From: Carcharhinus longimanus | Lineage: Eukaryota | DNA: 64,000 nucleotides | Assembly: GCA_030264375.1 (NCBI GenBank) | Contig: JASCQW010000132.1 | Coordinates: 70,999,478-71,063,477 of the forward strand | Direction of reading: 5' to 3' | Shown: positions 11,346-24,073 of the stretch, piece by piece | Layout of the letters: every line of letters starts with the position of its first letter | Numbering within the stretch: position 1 is the first letter of the stretch | Made by a program: the position numbers and the translations under genes | Notes under the pieces: generated by a model | The model's database searches: none | Told to the model about the DNA's origin: nothing | The model's input: only the letters and a program-made list of their open reading frames with translations

Positions 11346-13384
11346 TACTGCCTTATCAGCATTGATTTCTGTCTTGCTGATGTCAGCTTACATTTGTAAC
11401 TTTCGCACACAGGTGAATGCAAAAAAATGTCAGTGTTATCTTTTAGAGAATTAACTCTGGAAATAATAATGTAATCATACAGACCGAGATGCATCTGTAT
11501 TAAATCAGACAAATCTTCTCTCATTTGTAGCGACTTGTTTCCACTCTGCGTGAAGAATAGCAATGTTGTTGAAGGTGTGATAAATCTACTTTACAAGGGT
11601 TTAGCCTCAGTAAGTGATAAAGTGCAAGTTGTCAGAAGGAAAACGCCCAATAGGCTGATCTAGTCTTCTATTGTTCTGACAACCACAAATAATCCACAAG
11701 TAAAATTTTGATGAAAGGCTTAGATCTGGAACTTTCTCAAATCTACTCCTGCATTGTTGCCAGAAGGTGTGGTAGAACAACTGTAGCAGCCACTGGGTTC
11801 TAACCTTCAGCCCTAAAGCCTATTAGGGTAGAGAAATTGATATAAATGCACATTATTATGTTTGCAATTGAATCAATATATTGAAACTATAAGAGCAAAG
11901 AATGTTAGAAATCAAATTCAAAAACATAAAGTGCTCAAATGCGCAGCAGGTCTAACAGTAATTGTAAAGAGAAAATTGGTGTTGTGCAAAACTGTTGACC
12001 AGAACGAATCCATATTCATGGTTTCAAACCAACATTCCTTCAGTGCCTCAATTTCACCTTATGAACAAGTCAAATTCGTGTAATACAATTACAATAAACA
12101 CACAACCTGCTGTTTATTATCTTCATAACTCTCGTATAATGTGCTTTAGCTGGCTAGGCTTTGCAAATGTCAGCTAAATTATTATTTTGAAATATATCTC
12201 TGCAAATTGCTGACTAGAGATACAATGTCTGAGAAATATTTCTAAGGTTTAACAACACATTAATTTCAAAGATGCTTATGACTACACATACGTGTAAATT
12301 TCCTGATATAAAATGGATTTGTAATAAATGCACATACTGCCAATAGGAGCTAATGAAACAGGAGGTAGCAGTTTTTACGTTGGAATAAGCACTTGTGGTC
12401 AAATGAACCATTCTCATCATTAGATGATAATAAACCACATGTAACACTTACAGCCAGCTGGCAGCTGTTAGCAACATCTTGTCATTAGCATCACAAGCAT
12501 CATTACTGTACTGTTGGCACCTTCCCTTCATTCATTGCCCACTATCTGCCCTGTGCCCTTTGCTTTTCATCATACAAACCCACTTCACAAGTTGGGAGAT
12601 CGAACTTTATTTCTCGAGAGACACCTACATTGCAGAGATGCATAAATGTTCTTATATTGGACCTGAAAAACAAACAGAGCCGCACACATTCTGCTACCCT
12701 CACAATGCTAGTTTGCCTAAATAAAGATAATATTTTATTTTGAGCACTAAGCGTTGCATTCAACTGACATAACATCACAAAATCACCAAATTATTTAATT
12801 TATATTGCACTAAAAAAGAGATTTGATCAATCATACCAATATTGGTGCTTTTAAAGAGCAATTCGGTTGTTCCCTCTGCCCTGTCCTTGACCCTGTAAAT
12901 TTCTCCTTTGCGTTTTGAAAGTTCCTATTCTGCCCTTGACAGGAGATTCCCCCCATGAGAGCTGTCAACCAATGAGATTGGCCGACTCCCCTGAGACCCA
13001 GCCAGACACATTGTCGCAGTGGCCACGAGCGGTACTGCAGCATATGTTCTCGGGGTAGGAAGTAGGGGGTGTCTAGAGGTGCAGGGGGAACGATTGCAAT
13101 GTTAGGTGTGGGGCTGGGTAGGCCAGGTGGAGAGGGAGACCAGAGCTCCAATGCCCCTGGGGGAGGGGGAGAGGCATGCCCCAACTCTGAGGAGATCTTC
13201 ATAGTGAGGCATCTCCCCCTTCCCACTCAAAGTGTGCTAAAACAAAAGTCTCATTTTACCCTGAATTTGCCCAATTATCTAAAAATTTTGGCTTCTAATT
13301 ACTGATCCTGTTGCTTTCGTAAACCAATACTTTAATACCATAGTTATTTTAAAAGAGTTGAGTAACAGTCTTCACTCTCAATGG

Positions 13385-13530
13385 GAGCACCTCCACCTCA
13401 AACTCAGATAGTCATTGGTTCAGGTTTGACTTAAGCCCCTAATTGAGAAGGACCGTTTATAACTGCATGATTGAAGGAGTTGTTGCATGTGCCATCTTTC
13501 AGATTAGTTATTAAACAAAGTTCCTGGGCC
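13385..13530 (+). mobile_element. Decayed DeuSINE-like fragment
   Basis: GTGCCATCTTTCAGATTAGTTATTAAACAAAG resembles the Deu-domain core. Confidence 0.4.
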
Positions 13531-13814
13531 CTATGTTACCATCACATTGCGCTCATTTTCAGGTATGAAAACTTGGTAAAGTTAGGTGTGAGGCAAGTAG
13601 CACAATCTGTGCCAGCCTATACACTGATATAATTGCACGCATTTAAATTGACTTAATGGGCTGCACGGCCAACTTTACCAGCACTTCCCCGTTTACCACC
13701 ACGTTCACCCATTCAGAATTGGTGCGAAACAGACATACTCTGCAGAAATCTGATTCAGTCCATCAGTAAAGGGTTATTGAGGCGGTAAATGCTGAGTGGC
13801 TGACGGCTCTCTGC

Positions 13815-13965
13815 TTGAGATCAGTGGGGGTGGGAGGGGAAGGTGGGTCCACTGCCACTCTGCCTGTAATCAGTAAGGGGGAAGAGAGGGTCCGTTGCCA
13901 CTTTGCCTGTGATCAGTAAGGGGGAAGAGAGGGTCCACTGCTATTCCACCTGTGATCAGTGGGGA
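13815..13965. repeat. ~40-bp tandem repeat (about 3.5 copies) inside a probable non-autonomous transposon
   Basis: Unit TGATCAGTAAGGGGGAAGAGAGGGTCCACTGCCACTYTGCCTG. Confidence 0.8.
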
Positions 13966-14199
13966 GGGGGGAGGGAGGAGCCAGCAATCGGTCTTGGTGG
14001 CAGGGGTGTTGTGGGGGATAACGGGGTCTGTAATGTTGTGGGAGTGGGGAAATGTTTGTGGAGGCCGGGGGAGGCANNNNNNNNNNNNNNNNNNNNNNNN
14101 NNNNNNNNNNNNNNNNNNNNNNNNNNNNNNNNNNNNNNNNNNNNNNNNNNNNNNNNNNNNNNNNNNNNNNNNNNNNNNNNNNNNNNNNNNNNNNNNNNN

Positions 14200-14630
14200 C
14201 TCTGTCCAAGATCACAACAAACTACAAAAGGTCATGAATGTAGCACAATCCATCATGCAAACCAGCCTCCCATCCATTGACTCTGTCTCCACTTTCTGCT
14301 GCCTCGGCAAAGCAGCCAGCATAATTAAGAAACCAACACACCCTGGACATTCTCTCTTCCACCTTCTTCCATCGGGAAAAAGATACAAAAGACTGAGATC
14401 ACGTACCAAACAATTTAAGAACAGCTTCTTCCCTGCTGCTGTTAGATTTTTGAATGGACTTGCCTTGCATTAAATTGATCTTTCTCTAACCTTAGCTATG
14501 ACTGTAACACTACATTCTGCACTGTCTTGTTTCCTTCTCAATGAATGGTATGTTTTGTCTGCATAGCGTGCAAGAAACAATACTTTTCACTGTATGTTAA
14601 TACATGTGACAATAATAAATCAAATCAAAA
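14200..14630 (+). mobile_element. Rex1/Babar LINE 3' end
   Basis: KLQKVMNVAQSI..LPSIDS..KAASIIKKPTHPGHSLFHLLPSGKRY..KNSFFPAAVRFLN; tail AATAAATCAAATCAAA. Confidence 0.9.
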
Positions 14631-15589
14631 CATGACTCTGTCAAACAGTCCAATCAGAAATCCCTGGGGATCTAAAGGAAACAAAAATCCATTAACTCTA
14701 CTTAACATAACCACTTGCAAGGCTAAAATGAGTAATTATCCTGCTTCTCAGCATCTGATGTATATTGCACAACTATCATCACACAGTGGACAGATCAGCC
14801 ATTTCAAATTCTCATCCGTCTTGGAAGTTTAACTGCTTTTACTCCATCCCCAACAGACTATTATTAGGTAAAACATTGTTAATAATATTGCTTCTGATAC
14901 TCTGCTTTCATGTTGCAGAATTTTCATGGACCTTTTGTAAGAAAATACAAGTTTTTTTTGTATAAATTCCATGATGCACTCATTGTCCTTTTCTGATGTC
15001 AATGATCCTATAAAAAAGGTGATATAGTCTGAGCACAATTGGTATTGTTTTTCAAACAGTTCACCTGGACGAAAGACTTCCTCAGTATTTCTTGTAAAAA
15101 TGTGCAGTCTATTTATAAGGAGTGGTGTGTGATGTTGATGTAAATGTACAGATACCTGACCATGGCTGACACAAATATCTCAATACGTCAGGAATGTTGA
15201 CTCAGGAACACCACTGGAATATTAGCATTATATAGTGAAAATTCTGGAACATTCCCCATGCCAGGCACAAATCTCGAGTGGTGTTAGACCTAAACATCTG
15301 ATAACATTTAGATGTTTAACTAATGCAATGATCTGAAGAATTCAGACATGTTAAGGTCAGTATCTACATTGGGGAGGATTCATTGATCTGTGGAATAGTT
15401 AATTACCTTCATCATTGGTATAGCTTCAAGTTCTTAAAGCTGATGGCGGTTCACTTAAAAATCTGTTAGAAGGAAAAGATTCTCCTAATCTGTTTGGTAA
15501 AATTCTTAATCATTGTATCCATTAACTGAAAGCACAAAACTAATGCCATCAATAAATTCAATGTTTTGTAAACTTGACTCCACCAGTGT

Positions 15590-15792
15590 TAATACACTGG
15601 GTGTGTAGATGAGGGTAGTGCAGTTGATGTAGTTTATGTGGATTTTAACAAAGCCTTTGACAAGGTCCCACATGGGAAACTTGTAAAGAAGGTACATGCA
15701 CATGAGCGGCAGGATAATTTGATAACGTGGACTCAAAATTGGCTCAGTTGTAGGAAACGAGGGTGATGACGAGGCTGTTTTAGTGACTGGAA
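15590..15792 (+). mobile_element. CR1 LINE RT fragment
   Basis: AVDVVYVDFNKAFDKVPH motif. Confidence 0.9.
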
Positions 15793-15794
15793 TG

Positions 15795-16258
15795 ATGTGG
15801 AGAGGCCAGCGTTGGACTGGGGTAAACACAGTGAGAAGTCTCACAACACCAGGTTAAAGTCCAGCAGGTTTATTCAGTAGTAAATGCCACTAGCCTTCGG
15901 AACACTGTTTCTTTGTCAGATGAGTGGAGAGTTCTGATCACAAACAGGGCATATAAAGGTACACACAGTTTACAGAGTACTGAATAGAATGCGAGTCTTT
16001 ACAGCTAATCTGCTATTCAAGTCTTAAAGGTGTAGGCAATGTGAGTGGAGATAGCACTAAGCATAGGTTAAAGGTATTGTCTCCAGACAGGACAGTAAGT
16101 GAGATGTTGCAAGTTCAGGCAAGTCATGGGGGTTACAGATAGTGTGACATGAACCCAAAATCCCGATTGAGGCCGTCCTCATGTGTGCGGAACTTGGCTA
16201 TCAGTTTCTGCTCAGTGGCTCTGCGCTGTCGTGTGTCGTGAAGGTGCCTTGGAGAACG
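15795..16258 (-). mobile_element. Penelope-like element 3' end (GIY-YIG C-terminus and pseudo-LTR with decayed hammerhead)
   Basis: Minus strand encodes LHDTRQRRATEQKLIAKFRTHEDGLNRDFGFMSHYL; terminus matches the shark Penelope end as recalled. Confidence 0.85.
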
Positions 16259-16261
16259 AAT

Positions 16262-17950
16262 TGATGCAAGACATGGAGAGTAAGAGAGACTTCCTGTCCC
16301 TGCATGTGGCAATTCATACAGCCAGGATGCAGTGGAAGAACTAATGGTAGTGATTAATGCCAGGAATATTGCTTCAAGAAATTGAACACAGTGGCAGAAG
16401 AAATTAAATGATTTGACATGTTCTGTTAATGTGAGTTAGTTCAATCTTCAAAGTGGCAAATCCTACCAACTGCACAACTAACTCCATCCACTGTTCAATT
16501 CACTACATCACATCAGCCACCTATTATTGATCTCTACTAAGCAGGATTAAACCCTTTGATTTAATTTAGTGCCGCTGCAGACCTCAAACCCATAACTCAC
16601 AGATCTTACACACTGTTCCAGCATACCAGCCCATCACCCAAACATATTGCACAATTCTCACTGATATACTTTTCCTTGACTTGCAGCAGAAGTTTGCGTG
16701 TAACAGCAGGCAGCAGCAAAGAACTGGAGGAGATCAATTGCACTTGTATGTTTTAACCCCAATGTGGCCATCATGGAATGACACACATCTGAGGCTGCGA
16801 CCACGGGCAGGGATGGAGAGATTGATGGGAAGGGGAGCAATATACATAAGTCCTCCATTGCTCATCCAAATTCTCACTCATTCTTCATTGTCTTCTGACC
16901 TATAAGTTACAGGTTGTACATAAGCACCAGCTTCTTACTTCCTCCTCTCTCCTCACCGTAAGTTACTCTTGTCTCTTCTTCAGTTCATTTCTTCAGAGAA
17001 CTCAAAGCTTCCCAATCCGAGGAAGAAGGCACAGATGATGAAGAAATCCTGTCACATGAACTTATGCCAACTCAGATTTTGAGAGGCCATACATTTTAAA
17101 AGGTAGAACAGAGAAAGAACCAGCAGTTGGTGAGATAATGAGTGCAAGTGTACAGGATCCAGGGCAAAAAAGGTGGTGCAAGTATCAGCTTGCTTTAAAC
17201 TGAGATTGCGCACTAGTTCTGTCACAGACGATTCAGATGAGAAATTTGATACATGCTAAAGAAGATTGACGGCAGCTGTAAATACCCAAATGCACTGAAA
17301 AGCCTGCAAAAAAACATGAGCTCATTGTGAAAGAGTGTAGACGAGTCTAGTTCTAACTTTGCATGGGGCTTTGAGCACAAGTTAAAGTCCATTCTCTTCA
17401 AAATGGAACATATCCGTATAAGGCAACATGATGCAGTGTCTGCTGGCTGATGTTGCAGCTTCTATTGCAGAACATGAGAAATAGGAGCAAGAGTAAACCA
17501 TTTGGTGTCTTGCACCTGATCCACCGCCATTCAATAAGATCGCTAATCAGACTGCTTCTATCATGGCCCTGAATGCCACTGTTCAAAAGGGTATTTTGGA
17601 ATGTCACAATACTCTATCAATCTGTTCTTCAACAGAGGTGTTGAATTGCTAACATGTTGCCCTGGGAGATTGGTGATGGGTTGATGGAACATGAACTGGG
17701 TGTCCACTCTCAGGATGACAGCTTTCCTACTCCTACCCACTGCCAGAGTGCTAGCATGCTGCAGCTCGGGCTGATGTCATGCAATCTGAAGTCTGACTTT
17801 CTAGACACAGGGCTACATGAGGTCACCTTCACGGCCCACTGAATTCTTCAAAATTGAAGATATGAAGCCATCCATCAGCCATGCTGCAGCCACAGAAGCA
17901 CCAGAATAGGCAAAGACACATTGAATTCAGACACTAAAGGAAGGTACAAG
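16262..17950 (+). pseudogene. PIF/Harbinger Myb/SANT (NAIF1/MSANTD-like) gene remnant with introns
   Basis: Exon 1 MQDMESKRDFL..EELMVVINARNIASRN*TQWQKKLNDLT then GTGAGT donor (~16431); exon 2 after TTGCAG: QKFACNSRQQQRTGGDQLHLYVLTPM; acidic exon 3 from ~16997. Confidence 0.8.
17470..17580 (-). mobile_element. CR1 3' tail fragment nested in the Harbinger remnant
   Basis: AGAAATAGGAGCAAGAGTAAACCATT..CCGCCATTCAATAAGATC. Confidence 0.75.
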
Positions 17951-18189
17951 GATGAATGCCTAAGCTATATATATGAATTATGTGATGAGTGAATGAATAG
18001 AATTGGAATGAGTATTGTCTATTGGTTTTTATTTCTGTGTTGGTTGAAAGAGAATGCTGTTATCATCAGTGATGGTGAAGTTTACTGATGGAGTCAGTAA
18101 TTTGGGACATGCCATTGAGATTATTGGCATTGTTCAAGAATAAATGGATCATATAGACCCGAGACAGAAAGGGCTGTCTGTATTGTCAC

Positions 18190-19285
18190 TTCCCTTCCTC
18201 CTTTATTTCCTGTGCTTCTTCTTGTCCTTCAGACTCCTATATCAATCCCTGTTGCTCTTCGTCCCCCTCCTCCTCCACTTCCTCCTCCTCCTTTCTTCTG
18301 AGTTCGTTACCTCTTTCTCCTCCACTTTCTCTTCCTCCTTTCCTCTGAGTTTGCTACCTCTTCCTCCTCCACTTCCTCTTCCTCCTGTTCTTCATCTTCC
18401 AATTTCTCCTCCTTTCCCTCTTCTTCCTCTTCCTCTCCCTACTCATGTTACCCTTACTCCTCCTCTTTTCTATCTTCCTGCACTTCTTCCTTCTGCTCCA
18501 CCTCCTCCTTGTCTTTGTCCTCCTCCTGCTCCTCCTCTTTTTCCCCTTCCTATGCTTCCTCCTGTGGTGAATTCAAAATTGAGTCTGCAGGCCTTGGGGA
18601 TTCAACAGAAATGCAGAGTTTTATGAATATGTTCATACTACAGGCTGCCATGTTCCACTGCCCATTCACCCAAACAAACAGCTGTCCGATGATGCCACGC
18701 AATTGTTCTCTTAAAGTGGCCCTGTTCAGTTACAAGGCTGTTTGTGAGGAAACACTAAAAATACTATGGAGTGTCAGGTTCAATCACAAACTGACGTGTA
18801 ACTCTCCACTGTATAACTTTTGCTCCAGAATTCCAGCCTCTTGAAAGAAAGGAAATGGATGGGCATAGCTTAAAACATCACTCTGTTGGGATGGAGACTC
18901 TTCCTCCTCTTCTTCTTCCACCACTGNNNNNNNNNNNNNNNNNNNNNNNNNNNNNNNNTCTTCCAGCTCTTCCTCCTCCCATTCTCCTCCTTCACCTCTT
19001 CTTCTTCCTCCACCTCTTATCCTCTTCTTATTCTTCATCATTGTCCTCTTCCTCTTCCTCCCCTCCTCCTGCTCCCCCTCCTCTACCATTCTCTCCACTT
19101 TCTCTTCCACTTGTTCTCCGTGTTCTCCTCTTCCTCTTTCTCTTCCAGTTCTTCCCTCCTTCTGTTCCTCTTCATTCTGCTCTTCTTCCTTCTATTTCGC
19201 TTCCTCCTTTCTTTCTCCTCCTCCTCCTGTTCTTCCTGTTCCTGTGCCTCTTTCCAATGTTCCTGTATCTCTGTCCTTCTCTCTG
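18190..19285. repeat. Two long (CCT/CTT)n polypyrimidine tracts (18190-18565, 18895-19285)
   Basis: Composition; contains a short N gap. Confidence 0.95.
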
Positions 19286-19565
19286 ATATGTGCTGTAATA
19301 TCCTTTAAGGGGTAGCAGCATGACATTACTAGAAGGGGAATGCATTATGTGATCCAGTCTAAGTTTCACATTTGCTTTGAGCAGAGCACACACGCACAGC
19401 TCTGATGCCTTCAGGTTTTATACAGATGTATAACTGTTCTCATGTGCCTAGTGTTAATGTATACAAAATCCTTACGAGTGATTGGTGCCTTGTGCCCTGT
19501 ATAGTAAATAAGCCCATGGTTTTGTTTTATAGGCAGTAGCAAGAGTTGTTCCCTAAAGTGAACCG
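19283..19565 (+). mobile_element. Putative solo LTR inserted in the Harbinger transposase 3' region
   Basis: TG start, CCTTTAAGGGG motif as at 62574, AATAA-like signal; abuts the LHN motif. Confidence 0.4.
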
Positions 19566-19566
19566 G

Positions 19567-20500
19567 TTGTGTAGCATGCACAAATCTTGATACTCCCCCA
19601 GTATCTACCACAGAAGCCTTATCCGGAGCTGTCCAGACTGCAGGACCATTGCTTGAGGGTTCCAATGGTGTGCTCTATATTATTCCTTCCAGGAGCACAA
19701 ATCCCATTGTTAGCCTGCTGTACACCTGTGTGTGAGCCCTGGACCTGAGTCAGGTGCCATCTGATAAATGGTTAACTCTTTCTGCCCAACAGTCAGCCTT
19801 TGACTTGTGGACCAAACACACGTGGGACAAAGAACTGTCTCAGGGTTAAAGAATGAAAGTTGTTGCCAGGATCATTGATGGTCAGCTGTAACATGTGTTG
19901 TCAGTTGTTCCATTCTAACTGCACATTGAGGGAATGGAAACCCTTTCACTGGAATAGGTCAAGGTTGTTGAGTGATGAGGAGTATATAAGTGAATGTGTG
20001 TGCAGTCACCCTGCACCATTAGAAAATCTGAAATCCATCAAAACCTTATGTTCATTCTTCCTGGTTATCTCTAGCAAGAAGGAATGAGATGAATGTGTTT
20101 CTCTGTGTACAGTCAGCCTCATTAGCATCCCTTATACAGCAGAGCACAGCAAACTCTGAGATGTTGCAAGTGTCTCTAGCATCGACCTCCAGAAGCAGTA
20201 AATTAAGAGCCATGGTAACCTGACAGCAGCAGACAATGCTGTTCTTTCCCTAATTTGAGATTGCAGTTGTGGCTGCAGCAGTTAGTCACAATCCCTTTTG
20301 TGAAGCATAAGCGTCTGAAGCATTGGTCCTCACTCAAGCTCAGACAAAAGAATTGTTCCTGAAATAGCTTCTGCAGACTTTTGCTGAGAGGCCATTTCTC
20401 TCACCTCATGCATCTCACCAAGAAGTGTTGGGTCACACACCCTTCTCCACATCCCTACCACCCCAGTAAGGATTACACAGCAATCGTCCATGGTGTGCAA
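19567..20500 (-). pseudogene. PIF/Harbinger DDE transposase (HARBI1-like) remnant
   Basis: Colinear motifs: LSLSEDQCFRRLCFTK, VTMALN, DTCNISEFAVLCCIRD, DCTHI, KGFHSLNVQL, LLG, NIEHTIGTLKQWSCSLDSSG, CMLHN; several stops and frameshifts. Confidence 0.92.
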
Positions 20501-20689
20501 TCTTCCTTTGGGGAATTGCCTTGCACTGGAACCTATTTGAAAATGTGATTTTAAATTGCAAACTTCGGGATGGTTCCTACTGTCTTACAATAATCGTTAC
20601 GCAGAAAATGTTAAAAGAATTAAAGCCACTTCTAGCTTCTGGCAAACTGTTGTACTGATTCACACTGATTCCTTTCCATGGGACACCCC

Positions 20690-21230
20690 CAGATATCTGA
20701 ACCCACAGCTCCAGGGACTTCCCCCTCATGGTTCACCCTCAGACTACCCCCCTCCTAAATGGACTTCCCCACCCTCTAATCCACAAATACCAGGTGACTC
20801 CTTCCAATCACCTGACTACCCAGCCCATGGTACTATCCTACCCTCAGTATACCCCCACCCCCCCCAACCCAAGGGTAGCGCATACCACTGGACTCCTTTC
20901 AACACCCAAATACCTTCCCACAGATCAAGCCTAACTTGACCCCACTAATTCCCGCTGACTGCTCTGTCACCACTTCCCAACTGGGTGCCGAGACCCCAGA
21001 CTGATCCTAACCATACCCAATGCCTGGACCCCATTCTGAGTGCCAGACCCAACCATACTGAATACACAACATCCTGACCAAGTGCCTGATACCTGCCCCA
21101 CCGAATGCCTGACCTCACTCACCAAGTTCCTCACCTGATGCCACCCACCCCCGAGTATCCACCTCATCTCCTGACTGCTCAACCCTGCCCTGCCCAAACT
21201 CTAACCACTTTCCTGACAAATCTACCTTCT
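20690..21230. repeat. C-rich low-complexity tract
   Basis: CCC/CCTGA-rich; mirror composition of 4150-4620. Confidence 0.6.
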
Positions 21231-22169
21231 CCCTGGTTTGAAAGTGTCTCGTCCTTTAAAGTCAACTGCTTTTTAGGAGCCAGTGCAGCAGTGAAGGGGG
21301 TACAGCCTCCTTGCGTATGACTCTGAAGCCCTTGACAGGACACACTGCCCTGCACAGTACTCACCCAGCCTGAGTCGGAAGGCCGGGTGAGAAAGAATCA
21401 AAAGAGTTTTACAGTAAGATAGTTGGAATGGAGTGACAATCCGACTTTAATTGCCAATCTGCGGAATTTCAGGCCCAATAAACTATATGACAAAAATAGT
21501 CATTCAACTTTAGCCAAATACCAGAAACCTCCAAAAGATGTATACAATTGTATTAGCAGCCAGAAGAAATGTTCCGCTATGAGTAGCTCATGATTGCTTT
21601 AAATAGCCCTAGTGGAGTTCTTTCATTTCCATTTAACACTGTGCTCAGCTTCGCAAGATTGAACCAAAGCGTTGGCTGAATTGTGAAGTTGAAAAAGGCT
21701 TCAAATTAGCATTGCATATAGATTTGCATCATCGCCTCATGCAGGCAAACTCTCTTACTAAGATGGTGCCCTGTGCCTGTCTCTGCAGTAATTTGTACGC
21801 ACAACTCAGCCCCATATTTGAGTCATATATGTTCATGAAACATCAAAGAGTTAGGTGCCACATGGACCAATTTAGCCCCAGTGTCTGGTCATTTAAAACG
21901 TTGCTGTTTGTTAGAGATTGTGAGCTAAATTTAATACTGGTGGTAGTGCCCCAGTATTGAGTTAGTAGTGGGATCAACCCCACCTCAGTTGTTTCAGGGA
22001 GCCCCAACCCCTCTCTGTGCCTGTCAGGCAATTATCTTCCTGCCGGTCAGTGGTTTCCCCCCACCCCCAGCCCTTGCCACCCCCTCCCACCCCCTCCAAG
22101 AACTGCTGGCAAATTGAAGGACGAACAGCTCTTAGATCTCAGCAGCGTTATTGGGACTGAGGCAAGTAG

Positions 22170-22381
22170 AACTGTCTGCACTCAGAGGAGTGTGAATTTT
22201 AGGATTTCTCTACCCCAAGAGCATTGGGGATGTTCCACCGTTCAATACATTTAAGGCTCAGATAGACAGATTATTCAAGGAATCATGGGATATGGGAGTA
22301 GGTGGGAAAGTGAAGTTGAGGATCAGCCTATTGAATGGTGGAACAGGCTGGCTTACTTCTGCTCCTAATTTTTATGTTCTT
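22170..22381 (+). mobile_element. CR1 3' end
   Basis: ACTCAGAGGAGTGTGAAT..TCTCTACCCCAAGAG..ATTGAATGGTGGAACAGGCT..TTATGTTCTTA. Confidence 0.8.
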
Positions 22382-22959
22382 AAGCCCCCTGGGTGTCCTG
22401 AGGACATGAAAGGTGCCATGTAAATGAAAGCTGATTCCTTGTGACATTTCCTAAATCTCCATCCCTGATTGATCATCTAAGATCTCTAAGTGTTTTGAAT
22501 TTTCTGTGGTTTTTGAAGTACTTAGCTGAAACAGTGAGGGTTAGCTCTGGAAAACGGTACAGGGATTGAGATGGGCCATTAACCCATGTTCATTAAGTGG
22601 AATGCAGGCAGCGCACCAACTTCATGCTAATTATAATGATTGCTGCATGCAGCCAGCACTCTCAGTGCTGTTCAATGCTGCATGCATCAGCGGGGGACCC
22701 AATGTCATTAGTAACTTGCACTGTTTATAACAAAACTGCATTACTTAAAGCTGGCCAAAAGCTCTTGAAGGGGAGCAAAAACAGAAACTGCTGGAAACTG
22801 AACAGCGTGTATGAAGAGAGGAGAAGACAGCCAGGTCTCTTCTCCTGGGACTGGGTTTGTAGAGACAGGAGAATTCCAGGTGCTGTGAATCCAATCTTTA
22901 AAAATGACCACGCGCAGGTCAGATTTTCATTCTGGATTGCAGGCTGAATGGGATGTTGG

Positions 22960-23670
22960 ACATGTTGCCCTTGGTTAATGCCAGCTCCAGTGTCAACTTT
23001 AATGTTGGTGTTGAAGCCTTTAACTTGAATATAACTGACCAATAACCTTGATTAAGGCCATTTACATTCCCCTAATTACTCTCTAATTTCATCTCCGCCA
23101 TGATTTCCAATCTCTTGGATGGCTCATGTCTGATAAATATTTTATTATCTTCTTCCTCTATTAAGGTTCTTGGATTTACAGAGTCTCCTGAAATGTCCAG
23201 TTTTCTTGCACCAGAAACATCCTGTACCCCAACTGGGCAATCTTGGTGTCACTGTTGCTTCTTTGTACCACAGCATAAGCATTGTAATCAGTGTGGTCGC
23301 TGTGGGATTTCCTGCTTTTCTGCCTGTTTTGGTGGGCTTTTGAGTGGTTGGAGCCACTGTCTGCCTACCCACTTAACGGGGTCATCGAGAACCTTGGTAT
23401 GATGACAGATTATAGTCTGGCTTATCTCTCAGAGTTTGGCATGCTTTGTGCTTTGAACTGCTCGATCTAAAGTGATGTTGTCTTTGGTCTGTAAAAAATC
23501 AGAGAGCTTCTCATCGCAGGTCCCAAGAGTAATGCGGTTGTGGATTAGATGATCTTTCAATGCCCTGTATCCACAACAGCTAGCTAGGTGATATAAGTTA
23601 GTGAGAAATAATTCACCTGTTTCACCTGGCCTTTGGGATCTTTGATTAAAGCGAGAACACTCCAGCACCG
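22960..23670 (-). mobile_element. Ty3/Gypsy LTR retrotransposon gag-protease remnant
   Basis: RFNQRSQRPGE..FLTNLYHLASCCGY..LIHNRI..LSDFLQTKDNITLDRA (gag), CFWCKKTGHFRRLC (CCHC knuckle), IKVDTGA (aspartic protease). Confidence 0.9.
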
Positions 23671-23885
23671 AGTTTCATTTTGAGCTGCAATAAGGACTTT
23701 GAGAATGGTGTGGAAGCCTGCAAAGCACTCTTCCTATCCTGGCCTCAGAAGAACAGAATTGGTCACTGGACCCATGGCATAAAGAAATGTACTGATCTGG
23801 TAATCTGTTCTTTAAAACTGAAAATAGAGAAACAGCTTCTGAGGCATTTAAACAGGCATAGGTCATTGACTAGTCACAGAATCCG

Positions 23886-24073
23886 GGCATCATTACTTTT
23901 AGTTTCACTCTGGCACTTGCTTGAAGCTAGTTTATTAACAGTATATATAAAATCAATTACAGAGTAGATATGTCTCTCCTCAGCAAAGCGTGTTCCATCT
24001 TCTCGCTCGAGAGTCTAGCATATGACTGCTGATGTCACAGATACACCATAGTCTATATCATTCATTAACTACA
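23886..24073 (-). mobile_element. Probable 5' LTR and PBS-like sequence of the Gypsy element
   Basis: Minus strand starts TGTAGT, has AATAAA, followed by TGATGCCCGGATTC upstream of gag. Confidence 0.5.

Noticed and set aside
15880-15930. Active hammerhead in the Penelope copy
   Set aside because: Core is mutated (CTGACAA, GAAG on the minus strand)
18144-19393. Long Leu/Pro/Ser- or Glu-rich ORFs
   Set aside because: Artefacts of stop-poor polypyrimidine repeats spanning an N gap
19567-20500. Domesticated HARBI1/NAIF1 host genes
   Set aside because: Multiple stops and frameshifts, several divergent copies; these are transposon fossils
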